Source of the DNA: Sarea resinae
Taxonomy: Eukaryota
Assembly (NCBI GenBank): GCA_026026165.1
Contig: JAPEUD010000005.1
Coordinates: forward strand, 310,001-374,000
Direction: 5' to 3'
DNA length: 64,000 nt
Part shown: piece after piece, positions 22,953 to 35,025 of the stretch
Numbering within the stretch: the first letter of the stretch is position 1
How the letters are laid out: each line of letters starts with the position of its first letter
The notes under the pieces: model-generated
What the model was told of the DNA's origin: nothing
The model's input: only the letters and a program-made list of their open reading frames with translations
Databases searched by the model: none
Made by a program: the position numbers and the translations under genes

Positions 22953-24677
22953 TCACGACCGACCTTCCTCGCCCTCATCACCATCCATACCAATCGCGCT
23001 CCTCTTGAGCTCGAGATCGGCCTTGAGAGACTGGATCTTGCGCAGCAGCTTGGTGCGCAGCAGCCCATTCTGGACCCTCTCGAGCTCGGCATGCTGGTTC
23101 TTGATGGCCGCCTCCAGATCCGCAATCTCCTCTTTCTGCCGCTGGAGCTCCTGCTGCCGTTCGAGCGTGGCTTCGTCGACCGAGGCCGCGTCGTCGTCGT
23201 CATCATCATCATCGTCGTCGTCGTTGCCCGAGTCGTTGTCGTCGTCGGAGTCGTCGCCGTCGGACGAGGAGGCGGCGCCCGCGGGCGTGGCGGTCGATGT
23301 CGTCGGCGTCGACGAGGGCATGGGGCCGGCTGCGCCGCTTGCCAGGGTCGCGGCTGTTTTGCTTGGCGGATGGGCGCCCGAGGTCATGGCCGCGGCGGTA
23401 GCAGCAGCAGCGGCGGCGGCGGCATTAGAGGTGGTTGTAGATATGTCGGCCGTGGAAGGCTCCGGGTTTTCGTCGTCCATCATGAGGGCCATTTCCAGAT
23501 CGGCCTCGAGACCATCGCCATCCACCTCGCCGTCCGCGTCGCCGGCCACGATGTCGAAGTAGCCGGTCCCGTCATCCACATCGCCTTCGGCATCCTGGTC
23601 GCCGAACTCGCTCCCTTGCATCCCGGCGTTGCCGAGCATATTGAATCCGCCCGCTTCTTCGCTGTCCTCGCTCTGCGCGCGGCTCGGATCGCGCGTGAGT
23701 CGGTCGAGATCGACGATTTCGTATTTGCTTCCGCCAGGCTCGCACATGCGGTCCATCGCCAGAAGACGCTCGACCTCCTCCTCGACGGCCTCGATGGTGC
23801 GTTTACTGACGCGCTTGCGGAAGCGGCGTTTGCGGACATAGTGCATGGGTGGAGTGAGACCGTGCGGATATTGCCATGTCTTCTCGTCGACTTCGCGTGG
23901 GAGCGGGATCGTGGCGGCCTCGGCTTCGTCTTTGATGCGGGCGAAGACGAGTAGCATCTGGCAAATGTCTGCGGATTTCCACCAGCCGCGGCGATCCCAG
24001 GATTTCATGCCTTCGATGACGCAGGGAAGGTCGACCATGGTGGCAGCGTAGTGCCGGCCTTGGATGGTGACGACTGCGCGTCGGCCTTCGCGGTTGAGAA
24101 ACTTCATTCGGATATCGGCGCCGCCTTCGCGCAGAGGAATGCCGACGCGCTTGTTCTCGATGGCGCTGCGCATGTAGTCACAGTCTTCGCCAGGGGGCAT
24201 ACGTAAGACGAATTGTTCCTCTATCGCGGGATCGATTTCACGGTCGGAGGATTCCGAGTCGTACCCTACGCCCAGTGGTCGATGAGGGGGCTTTCCCTTC
24301 AACCTCGTGCGGATGATCGGAGTCTTCGGTGCACGAGCGCTCGTAAGTTTGAGCTTCTTGATCTGAGGACGACTTCGCGAGTCGACCTCTTCGTCGTCTT
24401 CGTTGGCCACATCCTTTGTGCGTTTCTTGGACGACTTGGGGGGCGCGGCCCCGTTTGCTGTAGTGGATTTCTGGCTCTTCGCCTTGGGCTTTTTGGGGGC
24501 TTTGCTGGCCGGCTTAGATGGCTCGGCAGATGCAGGTGTTTTGGAGCTGCCGGCATTTCCAAACTTGAGCTTGATCTTTGGGGTGCTGGTCGACGGTGTT
24601 GACACAGGCTGCGCCGCTGGGGCAGCCTTGCCGGTGTTGAGCTTGAGCTTCAGTGAGGGACGGTCTGGATTAGACAT
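22953..24677 (-). CDS. TAF7: TFIID subunit 7 (TAFII55 N-terminal domain)
   Basis: IEEQFVLRM, ATMVDLPCVIEGMKSWD, KSADICQMLLV, YPHGLTPPMHYVRKRRFRKR; acidic tract and C-terminal coiled coil. Confidence 0.93.
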   Translation of the reverse strand: MSNPDRPSLKLKLNTGKAAPAAQPVSTPSTSTPKIKLKFGNAGSSKTPASAEPSKPASKAPKKPKAKSQKSTTANGAAPPKSSKKRTKDVANEDDEEVDSRSRPQIKKLKLTSARAPKTPIIRTRLKGKPPHRPLGVGYDSESSDREIDPAIEEQFVLRMPPGEDCDYMRSAIENKRVGIPLREGGADIRMKFLNREGRRAVVTIQGRHYAATMVDLPCVIEGMKSWDRRGWWKSADICQMLLVFARIKDEAEAATIPLPREVDEKTWQYPHGLTPPMHYVRKRRFRKRVSKRTIEAVEEEVERLLAMDRMCEPGGSKYEIVDLDRLTRDPSRAQSEDSEEAGGFNMLGNAGMQGSEFGDQDAEGDVDDGTGYFDIVAGDADGEVDGDGLEADLEMALMMDDENPEPSTADISTTTSNAAAAAAAATAAAMTSGAHPPSKTAATLASGAAGPMPSSTPTTSTATPAGAASSSDGDDSDDDNDSGNDDDDDDDDDDDAASVDEATLERQQELQRQKEEIADLEAAIKNQHAELERVQNGLLRTKLLRKIQSLKADLELKRSAIGMDGDEGEEGRS

Positions 24678-25214
24678 CTTGGGCGCACATAGGATGGTGC
24701 GCCAAGATGGAAGATGGTAGGAGTGAGTATGGCGATGATGGCGATGTTGGATGAGATGTTAGTGAGGTGCTTATAAGGTGATCATGACCGAAGATGAAGC
24801 AACTGAACGTTATTGTCGTTGTTGCTAGAGATGGATCGATGGATGAGCCCAATGCAGATGACGACGAAGTTGGATAACTCCGTACGGGAAGCGGCGCAAC
24901 CTACAACGCAACTCTGCCGATGTCCACCATGTGAAGCCAAACTCCCACTGTCTTCGTTATTATTTTCTGCCATCCTTACACTTCTTCTTCCCTTTCCTGA
25001 AGAGTAAGGACTCGGTCGATAAATACAACACAAGCGCTCAGACTGTCCGTTGTCGGGCGTACTCCACCTCTATCAGCCTCCAAGTCAAACTCATCGCCGT
25101 TCCCACATCAACACCAAAACATGAGCTCCCAACCATCATCAACGGCACGCTGAACTTCTTCCACACACTCACCCACACACACATACACCGTACTTCATTC
25201 AGCAGACCCTCAAA

Positions 25215-25937
25215 ATGTCCGCCACCCAAACCTTGCACACCTCGCTCCTCCGGCCTCCAATCCTCCACATCCTCCGCGCCGCGGGCTTCCACACCTCGCG
25301 ACCCTCCGTCGTCGACACCGTCGTCGACCTCGCAGCCCGCTACCTGCTCCTCTTGGCCTCCACCACCGCCGCCCACGCCAATAATAATCACAATGACATC
25401 TACCCCGACATCACCGACGTGCGCATGGCGCTGCAAGACTGCGGGCTCTTTCGGCCGCAGCTGACGGCCGTGGACGAGGACTGGGGCGACGAGGAGGACC
25501 TGCGCGGCGTAGAGGCGTTTCTCGACTGGGCGAGGGGTGAGCCTAACCGGGCCATTCGACGCATCGCAGGCCTGGTGGGAGACGACGCACAGAATGAGGT
25601 GGACGAGCTAGGCGAAAGGGAGGATTTCTTGACCGGTGAGTTTTTGCGCTCTGGCTCATGCACCCCTCATCGCTATCTCGACGGACGCTGATCAATTTGA
25701 TGATTAGCGCTAAAGAAGAAGCACAGCAAGACGGGCGAGGAGTCCCGATTTCAGGGCACGGCATTGGGGAAGCAGGCCGAGGATAAGGAGATCAAGATTG
25801 AGGGAGCGCCAGTGGATAGCATACGCGCCTGGGAAGCACAACTACGGCATCGGCAGCGGAATAGGCAGTCTCTGTCGATGGAGAGGACTTCATCGTCTGA
25901 GCTGAGCCAGTACGAAGGGGACATGGATGAAGCTTAG
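25215..25937 (+). CDS. TAF3: Bromodomain-associated (BTP) histone-fold protein, TAF3-like
   Basis: LLRPPILHILRAAGFHTSRPSVVDTVVDLAARYLLLLA...DVRMALQDCG. Intron 25636-25707 (GTGAGT...TAG) joins LT-ALKKKHSKTGEESRFQGT; stop at 25935-25937. Confidence 0.8.
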
Positions 25938-26297
25938 GACTTTCGGGCTTGGGCATCTGCTATTGGAATGCATCGCGACGGCGTTTGGGGTCTACCTCGG
26001 GTTCAGGTCTCAAGGAGCTCATCGGGAAGGGATCTATGGGCTCAAGCTGCAGGCAGTCTGACCATATCAAAACGTATAATATGTAGTGTAGACTGATTTA
26101 TATTCGATACTATACTGAAAGGACTGATAACGACACAATTATTCAAGACATCCCTCGCGTTCTATAACCAAGAGCAAATCCAACAAAGGGAACAATTTTC
26201 TTGGCCGAGAGTTCGTCGCACGTGGCTACCGCAGGAAACACCATGACATAAGAGACTGCAGCATATCCCGAAGCAAAATCAAAGAAAAGATCGCATA

Positions 26298-29200
26298 TCA
26301 AGAACCCACAAAGTTCTTCCACTGGCACATACAACCGCCGGTGCCCCCATCAATGCCCCCAGTCGCGCCAGTGGCCACATTCCCATTCTGGCCCTTGGCC
26401 GGATCAATGAGAACGCCACTCCACGCCCGATCTTCCGGAATGATCCTCTTCTCGCCCGCCATGAGTCTGGCCCTTGTCCCCTCGATCCCATAGCAATAAA
26501 CCATTTTTTCCTTCTCATTCCCTCCATGGCGATCCAGCGTGATCGTCACGGGATACGGCATCGAGCCGGGCCGCGCGAAATCGTCGGCGGAGTCCTGGGT
26601 CAGGTTCCCAGAGCTAGCACTGCTGTTGTTACGCGACAGGAGCGTGCGGGATCCGGAGATCTGGTTGGTCCAGATCTGGACCAGAAAGCGCGTCTGGGCC
26701 CAGGTGCAGCGGACGTTGGCGCTATCTTCCCAAGCGCCGCCATTGGCGTTGAGTTGGTCCTCGGTGCCGTTAGAAGACACGTCTAGGCTGGTTGAATTGG
26801 CGGAGAACTCGGCCCAGGACAGGAAGATTGAGCGGTCGAAGTAATTATAGAACCCATAATGCTCCGTCTCCAAACCGCGGTCGAAGAGCCGTAGAGGTTG
26901 GGCGTTTAGAGAGGGTAGGAGATTTGCCGGGGACGCTGTGCCGTTGTCGAAGGTCTCGGGGCCGGGGATGTTGGATGTGTTGGAGTCTCGACGCCTGAGT
27001 TTCGATGCTGTGCCGTCGAGCGTGATAAAGCTGATATAGAAGGGTGTTTCTTCGCCTTCTTTCAAGGATGACGTGGTGTTGTCTGTTGTCTTGCCGAGGA
27101 AGACCTGCTCTGCTACGCTAGGTACAGGAGGAGAAGCAACCCATGAAGAGCTCCTGAAGATAGTCCGGGCCTTGAGCATCTGATGTCTTACAAAGTGGCC
27201 AGCTGAGACTGGGTTGTTGACAGCCCTGCGTGCCAACCTGGAGACTGTTGTACTGTTTGAAGTGGAATTGCTGATATCGGTATGATTTTTGTATCTGATT
27301 TCCATTCTGAGATTCGGCTGGTTTGGAGCGCTTGGAGCCACTGATCTCTGTAATTCTTTTGGGAGAGCGCAGCTCCACAAAGACTCGGGGTTGACACAGC
27401 CGCCATTGTCCACCTCAGCATTGGGCTTTGCTATAGTAGATATCCCAGTTGGCAACGGGGGATAGCTAGTGTCGTTGACCCATTGCTCCTGGAGTGGCGT
27501 ACTATCGGATTTTCCCGTGAGGGTAAAGCATAGCGTAAGCGGGATCAAAACCAATGCGAGCAAGCCGAGTCCTAAGACAGCAAGTCCAAGAAACCTTTTA
27601 GATGGTCGCCAGCGTTTTGCTGGGGCGGCTTCTTCACCAGTTTCGCCAGTGCCTTCTGCTTCCTGCCTTTCGTCTCTCTCCTTTTCTTCTGTGGAAGCTT
27701 CCGAGTCAACAGCCTTTTCGCTAATTGCCGAATCCTCTTTCGCAGATACTACCGGATCCGGCGGTATAGGTGTATCCAATTGCCGGTCCTCCACTGGTTG
27801 ACCAAAAGCTTCAGGCTCTTGTTCTTTCTCCTCACTCAGACCGTAAGGGGTAGAATCCTTCTCTACATCGTCTGATTGGGGTTCGGAAGCAGCCTCTTGA
27901 GCTTCCTTCACATGAGGTTGGTCAATCCCAGCATCTCCAAACTCCCCGGGTGACCTTATCTCTTTGGTATCACGGACGCTCTGAGCGGGAGGTTCCTCAA
28001 AGCGATCGTCAAATGGATTATGCTGCCTGGGGGCAGGCGCAAAATCTCCAAATTTGTTGAATTCCTCACTTGCAAAGACCGGTGAGTATTTGCCAGCGCG
28101 AGGCTCAGAGGCTTCCGACAATACCAGGTAACTCTCATGGCCAGGACCCTTGGTTCCCTCGGCTTCACTCCACCACTTAGCTGTGACTGGCGACGGATCT
28201 GCAAGACCATCCACACCATGTTCAACGCCCGTTGACGGCTCTAAATGGCCTTCATTGTCTCTAGCCGACATTTCTTGGAGCTCTGAGTGAGACAGGAAAG
28301 GATTCGTTGGAGCTGCGACTGGATCGTAGTGAATTGGCGTGAACGAGGAGGGGATATCTTTAGGGTCGTTGTCTTCCTCCAAATATCTTTCCGCAGCTAT
28401 TCCACCAACAGCGCCAGTGGCGCCACCAATGACCATACCTTTTACAGCCCCATTAGAAGCATGACGGTCGCTAAGAGGGCCTTGGTCCTCGACCAAATGG
28501 CTAGAAGATTTCTCTTCAGGGTATGCACAGGAGTCGTGCTTCAATGCCGCTCGATTGAGGGAATCTTCGTCTTTTGAAGGCAAGTCCTCAAGTATCGCAG
28601 GCGGAATATCAGGTTGATATCGACCCAGACCACGTTCATCCGACGAAGGGGATTCATTTTTTTGCAATCCGAAAAAGGACCTGAAACGACTCGACCTAGC
28701 ATAGCTGCTAATGATCCTTTTGTCCCAGTATCCAGATCTAGAATACGGTTTTGTTTCTTTTGAAGGGCTAGGCGTGCGATCTCCCAAGCTAAATCTCTCG
28801 GTCGACGCACTATCTGGGGTTTTGAGAGAGCTCACATTAGGATCTTCTGATACCTGCCTATCTTTCTTCACTTCTCCTGCAAGGTTTTCCGCAGAAGCCC
28901 AGGCGGATGGTAAGGACGGGACAGGAGGTATTGGTTCTGCGATGAAAGACCTGGTCCACCCCTGAGTTGTTCGCGAGTATACGCTTGACGATCTCTGTCG
29001 CCCGTCGACCTGAAGCCGATCGCGTCCACGATGTCCAGTCGGTGTGAGAATAATAGAAGGGGTCGTAGGCGTTCCTCCGTTTTCATGGAGCTCTTCAGGA
29101 GGAACTTGTAGAATAATTGAGACATCTCGATCACCGGGAGAGAGTACGTCAATATGATGAGGAACCACAGATAAGCGATTTGGATCTCCCCTGCTGTTTT

Positions 29201-29969
29201 GCTGCAAAGTGCCCTCTGACGGGAGAAAAAGTTCGCTTCCCACTGTTCTGGTGCGCGCAGCTATGCCGTGTATGCGATCATGTTGAGACACCTCATCGTA
29301 AGCAGGTGGCTCTCCAGCTAATGAGGCAGCCAAATGAGTCTGCTCGGGAGCTTGACTGACAGCAGCGTGGAAGGCATTGTTTCTGTCATTGATCAATTGT
29401 CTCTCGCCACTCCCGATGTTTTGCCCTGAACCTACGTCCTGAAGCTGATGTCCGTCAACAGCCTTCAGATCCGCCAATGTCACGAACCCCTTCCCATGCT
29501 GTTCTTGAGAATCGTATGCAGGCGACGACCCAGAATTTTCGGGCAATAGCTTCGGTAAAGATGATGTGCCAGTAACGGGGATAGATCGGGTAGCCGGCGG
29601 CTCGATGCGCTGGTTGAAGTGCCCCGGCAAAGCCAGTGGTTTCGGTCCGCGTCTCAAGAAATTTGTATCAAGTTTGAGGTCAGATCCTTGCGGATTCGTC
29701 TTTTCGAATCGAGGTCTTTTTCGAGAGGACTTTCTCCGCCGAAGTTGTCCCTGAACGTATTTAGGGTTTGTACTCCGGCGATTACGTCTCCCCAGCGAGG
29801 GAAACCTCCACCTGTTGATGGGCTCCTCGTAAAAGTCACGGGATGTCAGGGAGTCGTCCGAGGATATAGAAACTGGAGAATGAGATAGCTCTGCGTCCGG
29901 CGCGGAAGAGAAGAAGGGCATCCGAATGTTGTAGCTTGAGGCCGGCAAGCCTCTTGTATCCGATGCCAT
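26298..29969 (-). CDS. Large single-pass membrane protein with Cys-containing C-terminal ectodomain, function unknown
   Basis: 1223-aa intronless ORF: long disordered N-terminus, TM segment (FLGLAVLGLGLLALVLIPLTLCFTL), many N-x-S/T sequons, and GCVNPESLWSCALP, RCTWAQTRFLVQIWT, GGCMCQWKNF blocks. Confidence 0.85.
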   Translation of the reverse strand: MASDTRGLPASSYNIRMPFFSSAPDAELSHSPVSISSDDSLTSRDFYEEPINRWRFPSLGRRNRRSTNPKYVQGQLRRRKSSRKRPRFEKTNPQGSDLKLDTNFLRRGPKPLALPGHFNQRIEPPATRSIPVTGTSSLPKLLPENSGSSPAYDSQEQHGKGFVTLADLKAVDGHQLQDVGSGQNIGSGERQLINDRNNAFHAAVSQAPEQTHLAASLAGEPPAYDEVSQHDRIHGIAARTRTVGSELFLPSEGTLQQNSRGDPNRLSVVPHHIDVLSPGDRDVSIILQVPPEELHENGGTPTTPSIILTPTGHRGRDRLQVDGRQRSSSVYSRTTQGWTRSFIAEPIPPVPSLPSAWASAENLAGEVKKDRQVSEDPNVSSLKTPDSASTERFSLGDRTPSPSKETKPYSRSGYWDKRIISSYARSSRFRSFFGLQKNESPSSDERGLGRYQPDIPPAILEDLPSKDEDSLNRAALKHDSCAYPEEKSSSHLVEDQGPLSDRHASNGAVKGMVIGGATGAVGGIAAERYLEEDNDPKDIPSSFTPIHYDPVAAPTNPFLSHSELQEMSARDNEGHLEPSTGVEHGVDGLADPSPVTAKWWSEAEGTKGPGHESYLVLSEASEPRAGKYSPVFASEEFNKFGDFAPAPRQHNPFDDRFEEPPAQSVRDTKEIRSPGEFGDAGIDQPHVKEAQEAASEPQSDDVEKDSTPYGLSEEKEQEPEAFGQPVEDRQLDTPIPPDPVVSAKEDSAISEKAVDSEASTEEKERDERQEAEGTGETGEEAAPAKRWRPSKRFLGLAVLGLGLLALVLIPLTLCFTLTGKSDSTPLQEQWVNDTSYPPLPTGISTIAKPNAEVDNGGCVNPESLWSCALPKELQRSVAPSAPNQPNLRMEIRYKNHTDISNSTSNSTTVSRLARRAVNNPVSAGHFVRHQMLKARTIFRSSSWVASPPVPSVAEQVFLGKTTDNTTSSLKEGEETPFYISFITLDGTASKLRRRDSNTSNIPGPETFDNGTASPANLLPSLNAQPLRLFDRGLETEHYGFYNYFDRSIFLSWAEFSANSTSLDVSSNGTEDQLNANGGAWEDSANVRCTWAQTRFLVQIWTNQISGSRTLLSRNNSSASSGNLTQDSADDFARPGSMPYPVTITLDRHGGNEKEKMVYCYGIEGTRARLMAGEKRIIPEDRAWSGVLIDPAKGQNGNVATGATGGIDGGTGGCMCQWKNFVGS

Positions 29970-32322
29970 GGCTTACTTGGGTTAGATTTGAATGGATTTG
30001 AAGTCTAACCTGCATTGCTGTCAGTGGCCGCTGGTTCTCGGAGTCCTCTGCCTTGATGTTTTACCAAGATGAAATCGCCTAACAGTGTCGCTTTTCCATG
30101 GTTTCTTGGGGTAGGTAAGCAAGACAATCTTCGGTACAGCTTCTTCAAATGTGATAGCCTGCTGCTGCACGATTTGGGAGACAAATTCGAGATGCAAGGT
30201 CGAAAGGTTGAGATGATGGCTCGATAATAATTATTGCTCTATAGTAGTTGTCCAGCAGCCGACGTGGAAAGAACGAAGATGAGATGAAAGGAAATGAATG
30301 AAAAAACTGAAAGCACCAAGCAGAAGCTTGAGAAAAAAAGAGCGATGATAGACGTGGATTGCTAAGAAACATGACGAACGTAAGACAGGACGTCTTATGA
30401 ACCTTCAGCACATCTGGTCTTCTCACCAGCAGACGTTTCAACCGAGCATCTATCAATACTCTCGAGGCTCAAGGATGGCCAGAGCGTCTGGTTGGTCTCC
30501 ACACGATGAAGCTGTTGCACGCTTAGATCTTGGTGCTGCTTCCATCGTGGCAAGAAGCGCCGCATCTCCATAAGGATGCTCGACCAAATCTCACGATCAT
30601 TGGCTGTGGCAAGCTGGAACGGTGCTTCAAACAAGTAGCCTTGCGGCTGTGCCAGTCATGAGCCTCTCTGAAACCCCTGCTGGACAGAATCGCCGACCGA
30701 CTGAATTAGCAGCATAGAGAATGAAGGGCAGCGAAGAATGGGCTACGAGGATCATAGGATCCTACTCGAGCCTCACGAACCTTGATCCAAGAACCCAATC
30801 AGCAGCGGAAGATTGGCGACGGGCGTTGAGTGTGAGATTGGACTACCGATTCGGACCAGAAAACGGTACTGTTCAAGTCGCAGTGAGCGCCTACGTGGAT
30901 CACGTGAACCATCTTTTACCCTCTCTCCCCCGGCGACAACCACTGCAAGCCCAGCCACATTGTTATCGAACGCGATTCGTATTTTTGTATTCCAGGACTA
31001 CTATGAACAGGCTTGAGGGCACCTAAATTAGCAATCTACTCTGTACGAATACCTTACCTGCCAATTCCTGTTGCATATTTTCCCTTCAAGGCTAGCCATC
31101 AATGAGAGACTCCCAATTGCGACCAGGCCAACAACGTACTACCGGAGTACGTAGTACGAAGGACTTCGTACCTTGCCTACCTCCTAGTAGGTATGATCAT
31201 TGATTGCGAGATCCAGGGCTCTTCCGATCCCAACGCATCTAGCCCCAAAAGGGCCCATCTGGATTGTTCCTTACATACCGCAGGTCGGATCAATGATCCT
31301 CTCTCTGCTTCCTCCCACGAAGACGTGGCATGTGAAACATGCATATGGATCAGCATTGTTCACCGACGGAATGGCTGTATCTCCATTTCACCGTCTCCCG
31401 CTCTCCCGCGTTCCCGCTCTCTCGATCGCTGGCAGCTCAGGGCTTTCTGTCACTCGAAGTCTAAAGCAGATTAGGTTGGGCCTGGAACCGATTTCTTATT
31501 AGAGGGCGACGCGCCGTCTGGATCGGAACCTGGGGCGAAGGGGCCAAGTAGGGAGTAGATTGATATGTCACAGTCAATGGTGCTGAACATCTGATGCTTC
31601 TTCTGAGTGATTCCTGTTCCCGATCGCACGATATATGTATGCGTGCCCTAGAAAGTATTGATGATGGTGCTGAGAGACTGGTCGCATCTTATCACGAGCT
31701 GGAGAAGGGTAGATGTGCCCAGTCAAACGAAGAGAAGGCCGTTCTCGACAAGGCGACCAGTTCTGGCCCGTTTGCAATGGGTCTGGCTGCCGAAGCAATC
31801 ATGGCCGCCCTCTCCTTTCTAGCTCTGCCGCTATTCAGAAATCCCATCCATCCTACAGTGGCAATGTGGTCCGACTGCTTCAGGAGCGCGACACCCACGA
31901 TGTAGTACGACGTTGTAGCAGTGTCGAAAGACAAAGATGCTGCATCAAATCATTTGCACTGCAGCAACATTGCCGTTGCACTTCGGTTCGTGCCGTGTGT
32001 GTTGACACTCGAATTGCAGAAGTGCAGATTTGCAGATGGATGATGTGCAGATGACTGACCGTTTCTGGTCTTTCGTACTCGCCATATCGCTCCCGTCTTT
32101 CGTATTGTCGCATGCTAGCCCCAGCCGCCGTCCGGAGGAGATGATACTTGGCACCACCACATCGCACAAGTCTTTTTGGCCTACGAGTGCTGCTTAGTCC
32201 TGCCCTGTCTGTCCTCCTCACCCTCTCTCTCCGAAAGAAAGAGTCCCGCACGAATAGACAGCAGTCATCTTAGATCTATCCTTTCAGAGCATGCATGCAG
32301 TCCCTGGGAAGCATCAATGGTT

Positions 32323-32357
32323 AGGTAAGGTAAGGTAAGGTAAGGTAAGGTAAGGTA
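32323..32357. repeat. (AGGTA)7 microsatellite
   Basis: Seven perfect AGGTA units in the divergent intergenic region. Confidence 0.9.
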
Positions 32358-33530
32358 GGCAGAGTACCTGAGGGTACCTCGGTGGAGACTCCCGCTCCCC
32401 GAGACCCAAATGGAGTGCGGGTGTCGCGGTGAACACCCTTTAAATTGCAGCCAGTCACAATGCAGAGGTCGGTCGTTTAAGGTCCCCGTGGTCCAGCACT
32501 TCGTACTGCTTGGTACCTCACTGTGTCGCCGCACTGTAGCGGTAGGTACCGGAAGTACTTCGCTGTAGGTCCTGTAGGGACTGTAGGGGCATAGTCTAGG
32601 CACTAAGGGCCCAAGGGCCAGATAACTAATTCTGAAAGCAGAACCAACACCAGCGCCCTCATTTCAGCTACTCCCGTGACAACTGAGACTGGAGCGCTTC
32701 CTCTCTATCGACACTCTCCATCCGGATACGAAGAAGAACGAGGTCGACCGCGACAGCGAGACACCGAGAGAGACACCAAAGGCGTGTCTTCTTGGGCTTG
32801 GGTGTGTAAGGTATACACCACCATACTACGTGCTACCTCGCTGCCTGCCTTTCCCATGTGTCCAGTTGAGCATACCGACACTGCGAGTTCAAGAGAATTC
32901 TCGAGATAAGAGGACACACACGCGTGTTGAGTCGACGACCGAGTCGGTCGCACAAGATAGCCATCCTCAACCGCCACTGTCAGAGAGTGCGGATCATTTC
33001 TCCTCCTGTCTGCTACCGTCCTACCGGCCAACCGTCCATCATTGCTCGACATCTGCTTACCGCAACCTTGTGCCCTATCGCTATTCATCCACGTTCCCGA
33101 GCTGCCTCTTTCTGGTCAAGAGTGTCTATCCGGACCCCCCATTCGAACATTCCTGACCTGCGTTATTGGCATCGGGGTGCAGCCTCTCTTTGAACAGCGG
33201 CACAGCTTTTGCGCTCGACGAAAATACTGACGGCGTGATCTGTCGCGTACATTGGTCGCAATCTCCATTGGAGAGTTACACGTCGAGCGAAACTATTAGC
33301 CAGGGGCCATCGCTTCGCAGAAATCGCACATCCTGGCTCCTCCGCCTTCATCGTCTGCTTCGGCATCCACTGGATCGCATCGTCGTAGGCGATCGTCTGC
33401 GGCGACAAATCATCCAACACTGAATCTCGACCAACCTTCGCATTCGCAGGATTCCTCAGGGACCACCTCAGGCTTGCCGGCGAGAGGCGCCGCTCAGCCG
33501 CTTCCGGTGATCCCAGGAACACCAGCCGAG

Positions 33531-35025
33531 ATGTCATTGTCTCGGTCGCCATCTCCGCGGCGAGGAGGAGGGTGGGCAAGTCCGGGTCTCAACACGCCTT
33601 ATTCGGGCATGAGTGGGCGATCTAGCCCAGCGAAGAGTTACGGCAACTTGAACGGTGGTGCGGGGAACGTAACGTGGGCCTCGGCGAAGGCGAGAAGTGA
33701 TGAAATAAATGGATATCCTGCTTTCTCGACACGAAATAATGGCTTTTTCTGGAGACATGTCCGCAGCATATCGAACAACCTACCCAGGTTCCACATGGAG
33801 AGGGGACGAGATTACGCTGAAAAGGAAAAGCTTGGCAGGGGACGATGGTATCCCGACAACGGAAGCAGGTTGGCGCGCCTTAGAACTCTTGCAGGGAGGA
33901 TATTGAGACGGATGAGGCTACGATTCTTCCTGGTGGTTGGATTCCTCCTTTTCGTGGTGCTCTTCTACGTAACTCGTAAGTCGCCGTTTTATTTTATTTG
34001 TGCGCGATATTAACTTTCTCGCAGCTATGCATCGCGTATACCGAAGAACGTCATTCCTAGGTGGGGGAAACAAATTCGTCATTTTATTAGCTGCGAATCA
34101 AGGTGGTGGTGTCATGGAGTGGAAGGGTCCCCGAGAGTGGGCCATCGAGCGAGACAGCGTTCGCAATAAAAGGAGATACGCTGAGAGATGGGGTTATAAT
34201 CTGGAGATTGTGGACATGAGCACCAAGAAGCGCTATGCTCATGAGTGGCGGGAGAGCTGGGAGAAGATTGATACGCTGAGAAATGCTCTGCGGAAATATC
34301 CTCAAGCAGAGTGGTGGGTAGTCCAGGAACGCATATTGACGAGACTCTTACTAATAAGATCTAGGTTCTGGTGGCTTGATCTAAACACTTTCGTAATGGA
34401 ACCCTCTTACTCGCTCCAATCGCATATCTTCAACAACCTCGCTGCCAACACCTACCGCGACATCAATGTTTACAACCCACTCAACATCACTCATCCACCA
34501 AAAGAATCATACCTTGACCCCGAAGCCCGATCTCCGAACGGTGACGGAAAGGCCGAGTCGATTGATCTCATCGTGCCACAGGACTGCGGTGGTTTTAATT
34601 TGGGCTCCTTTTTCGTCCATCGCAGCACTTGGACGGACCAGCTGTTAGATATCTGGTGGGATCCTGTATTGTACGAGCAAAGACACATGGAATGGGAGCA
34701 TAAGGAACAAGACGCGCTCGAATACCTCTACACCAGCCATCCCTGGATCAGACCACATACTGCGTTCATCCCGCAACGCAAGATCAACAGCTTCCCTGAC
34801 GGCGCCTGTTCCGAGAACGGCCAGGATCCGCGAATACATTACCAAGAGAAGGATCGTGACTTCGTCGTCAACATGGCAGGTTGTGAATGGGGCAGAGATT
34901 GTTGGGCCGAGATGTACAATTACCGCGAGTTGAGCAACAAACTGAACCGGACTCCCTGGGAGAAGTTCAAGGACGGTATTAGTGATGGATTCAAGAAGCT
35001 GAGAGGGAAGGGGAAAAAGGATTAG
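33531..35025 (+). CDS. MNN10: Alpha-1,6-mannosyltransferase subunit (GT34, Mnn10-like)
   Basis: Exons 33531-33975, 34025-34313, 34365-35025. Type II TM; ILLAANQGGGVMEWKG, HEWRESWEK, WWLD, QDCGGFNLGSFF, WEHKEQDALE, FVVNMAGCEWGRDCW. Confidence 0.93.

Noticed and set aside
22878..23954. Long plus-strand ORFs antisense to TAF7 (likewise antisense ORFs over palC, NSR1 and the S53 gene)
   Set aside because: Shadow ORFs caused by high GC3 in the real gene.
30000..33500. Numerous 60-140 aa ORFs in the long divergent intergenic region (also 38.3-40.3 and 50.5-52.7 kb)
   Set aside because: Mostly non-ATG starts, overlapping on both strands, no motifs; treated as non-coding.
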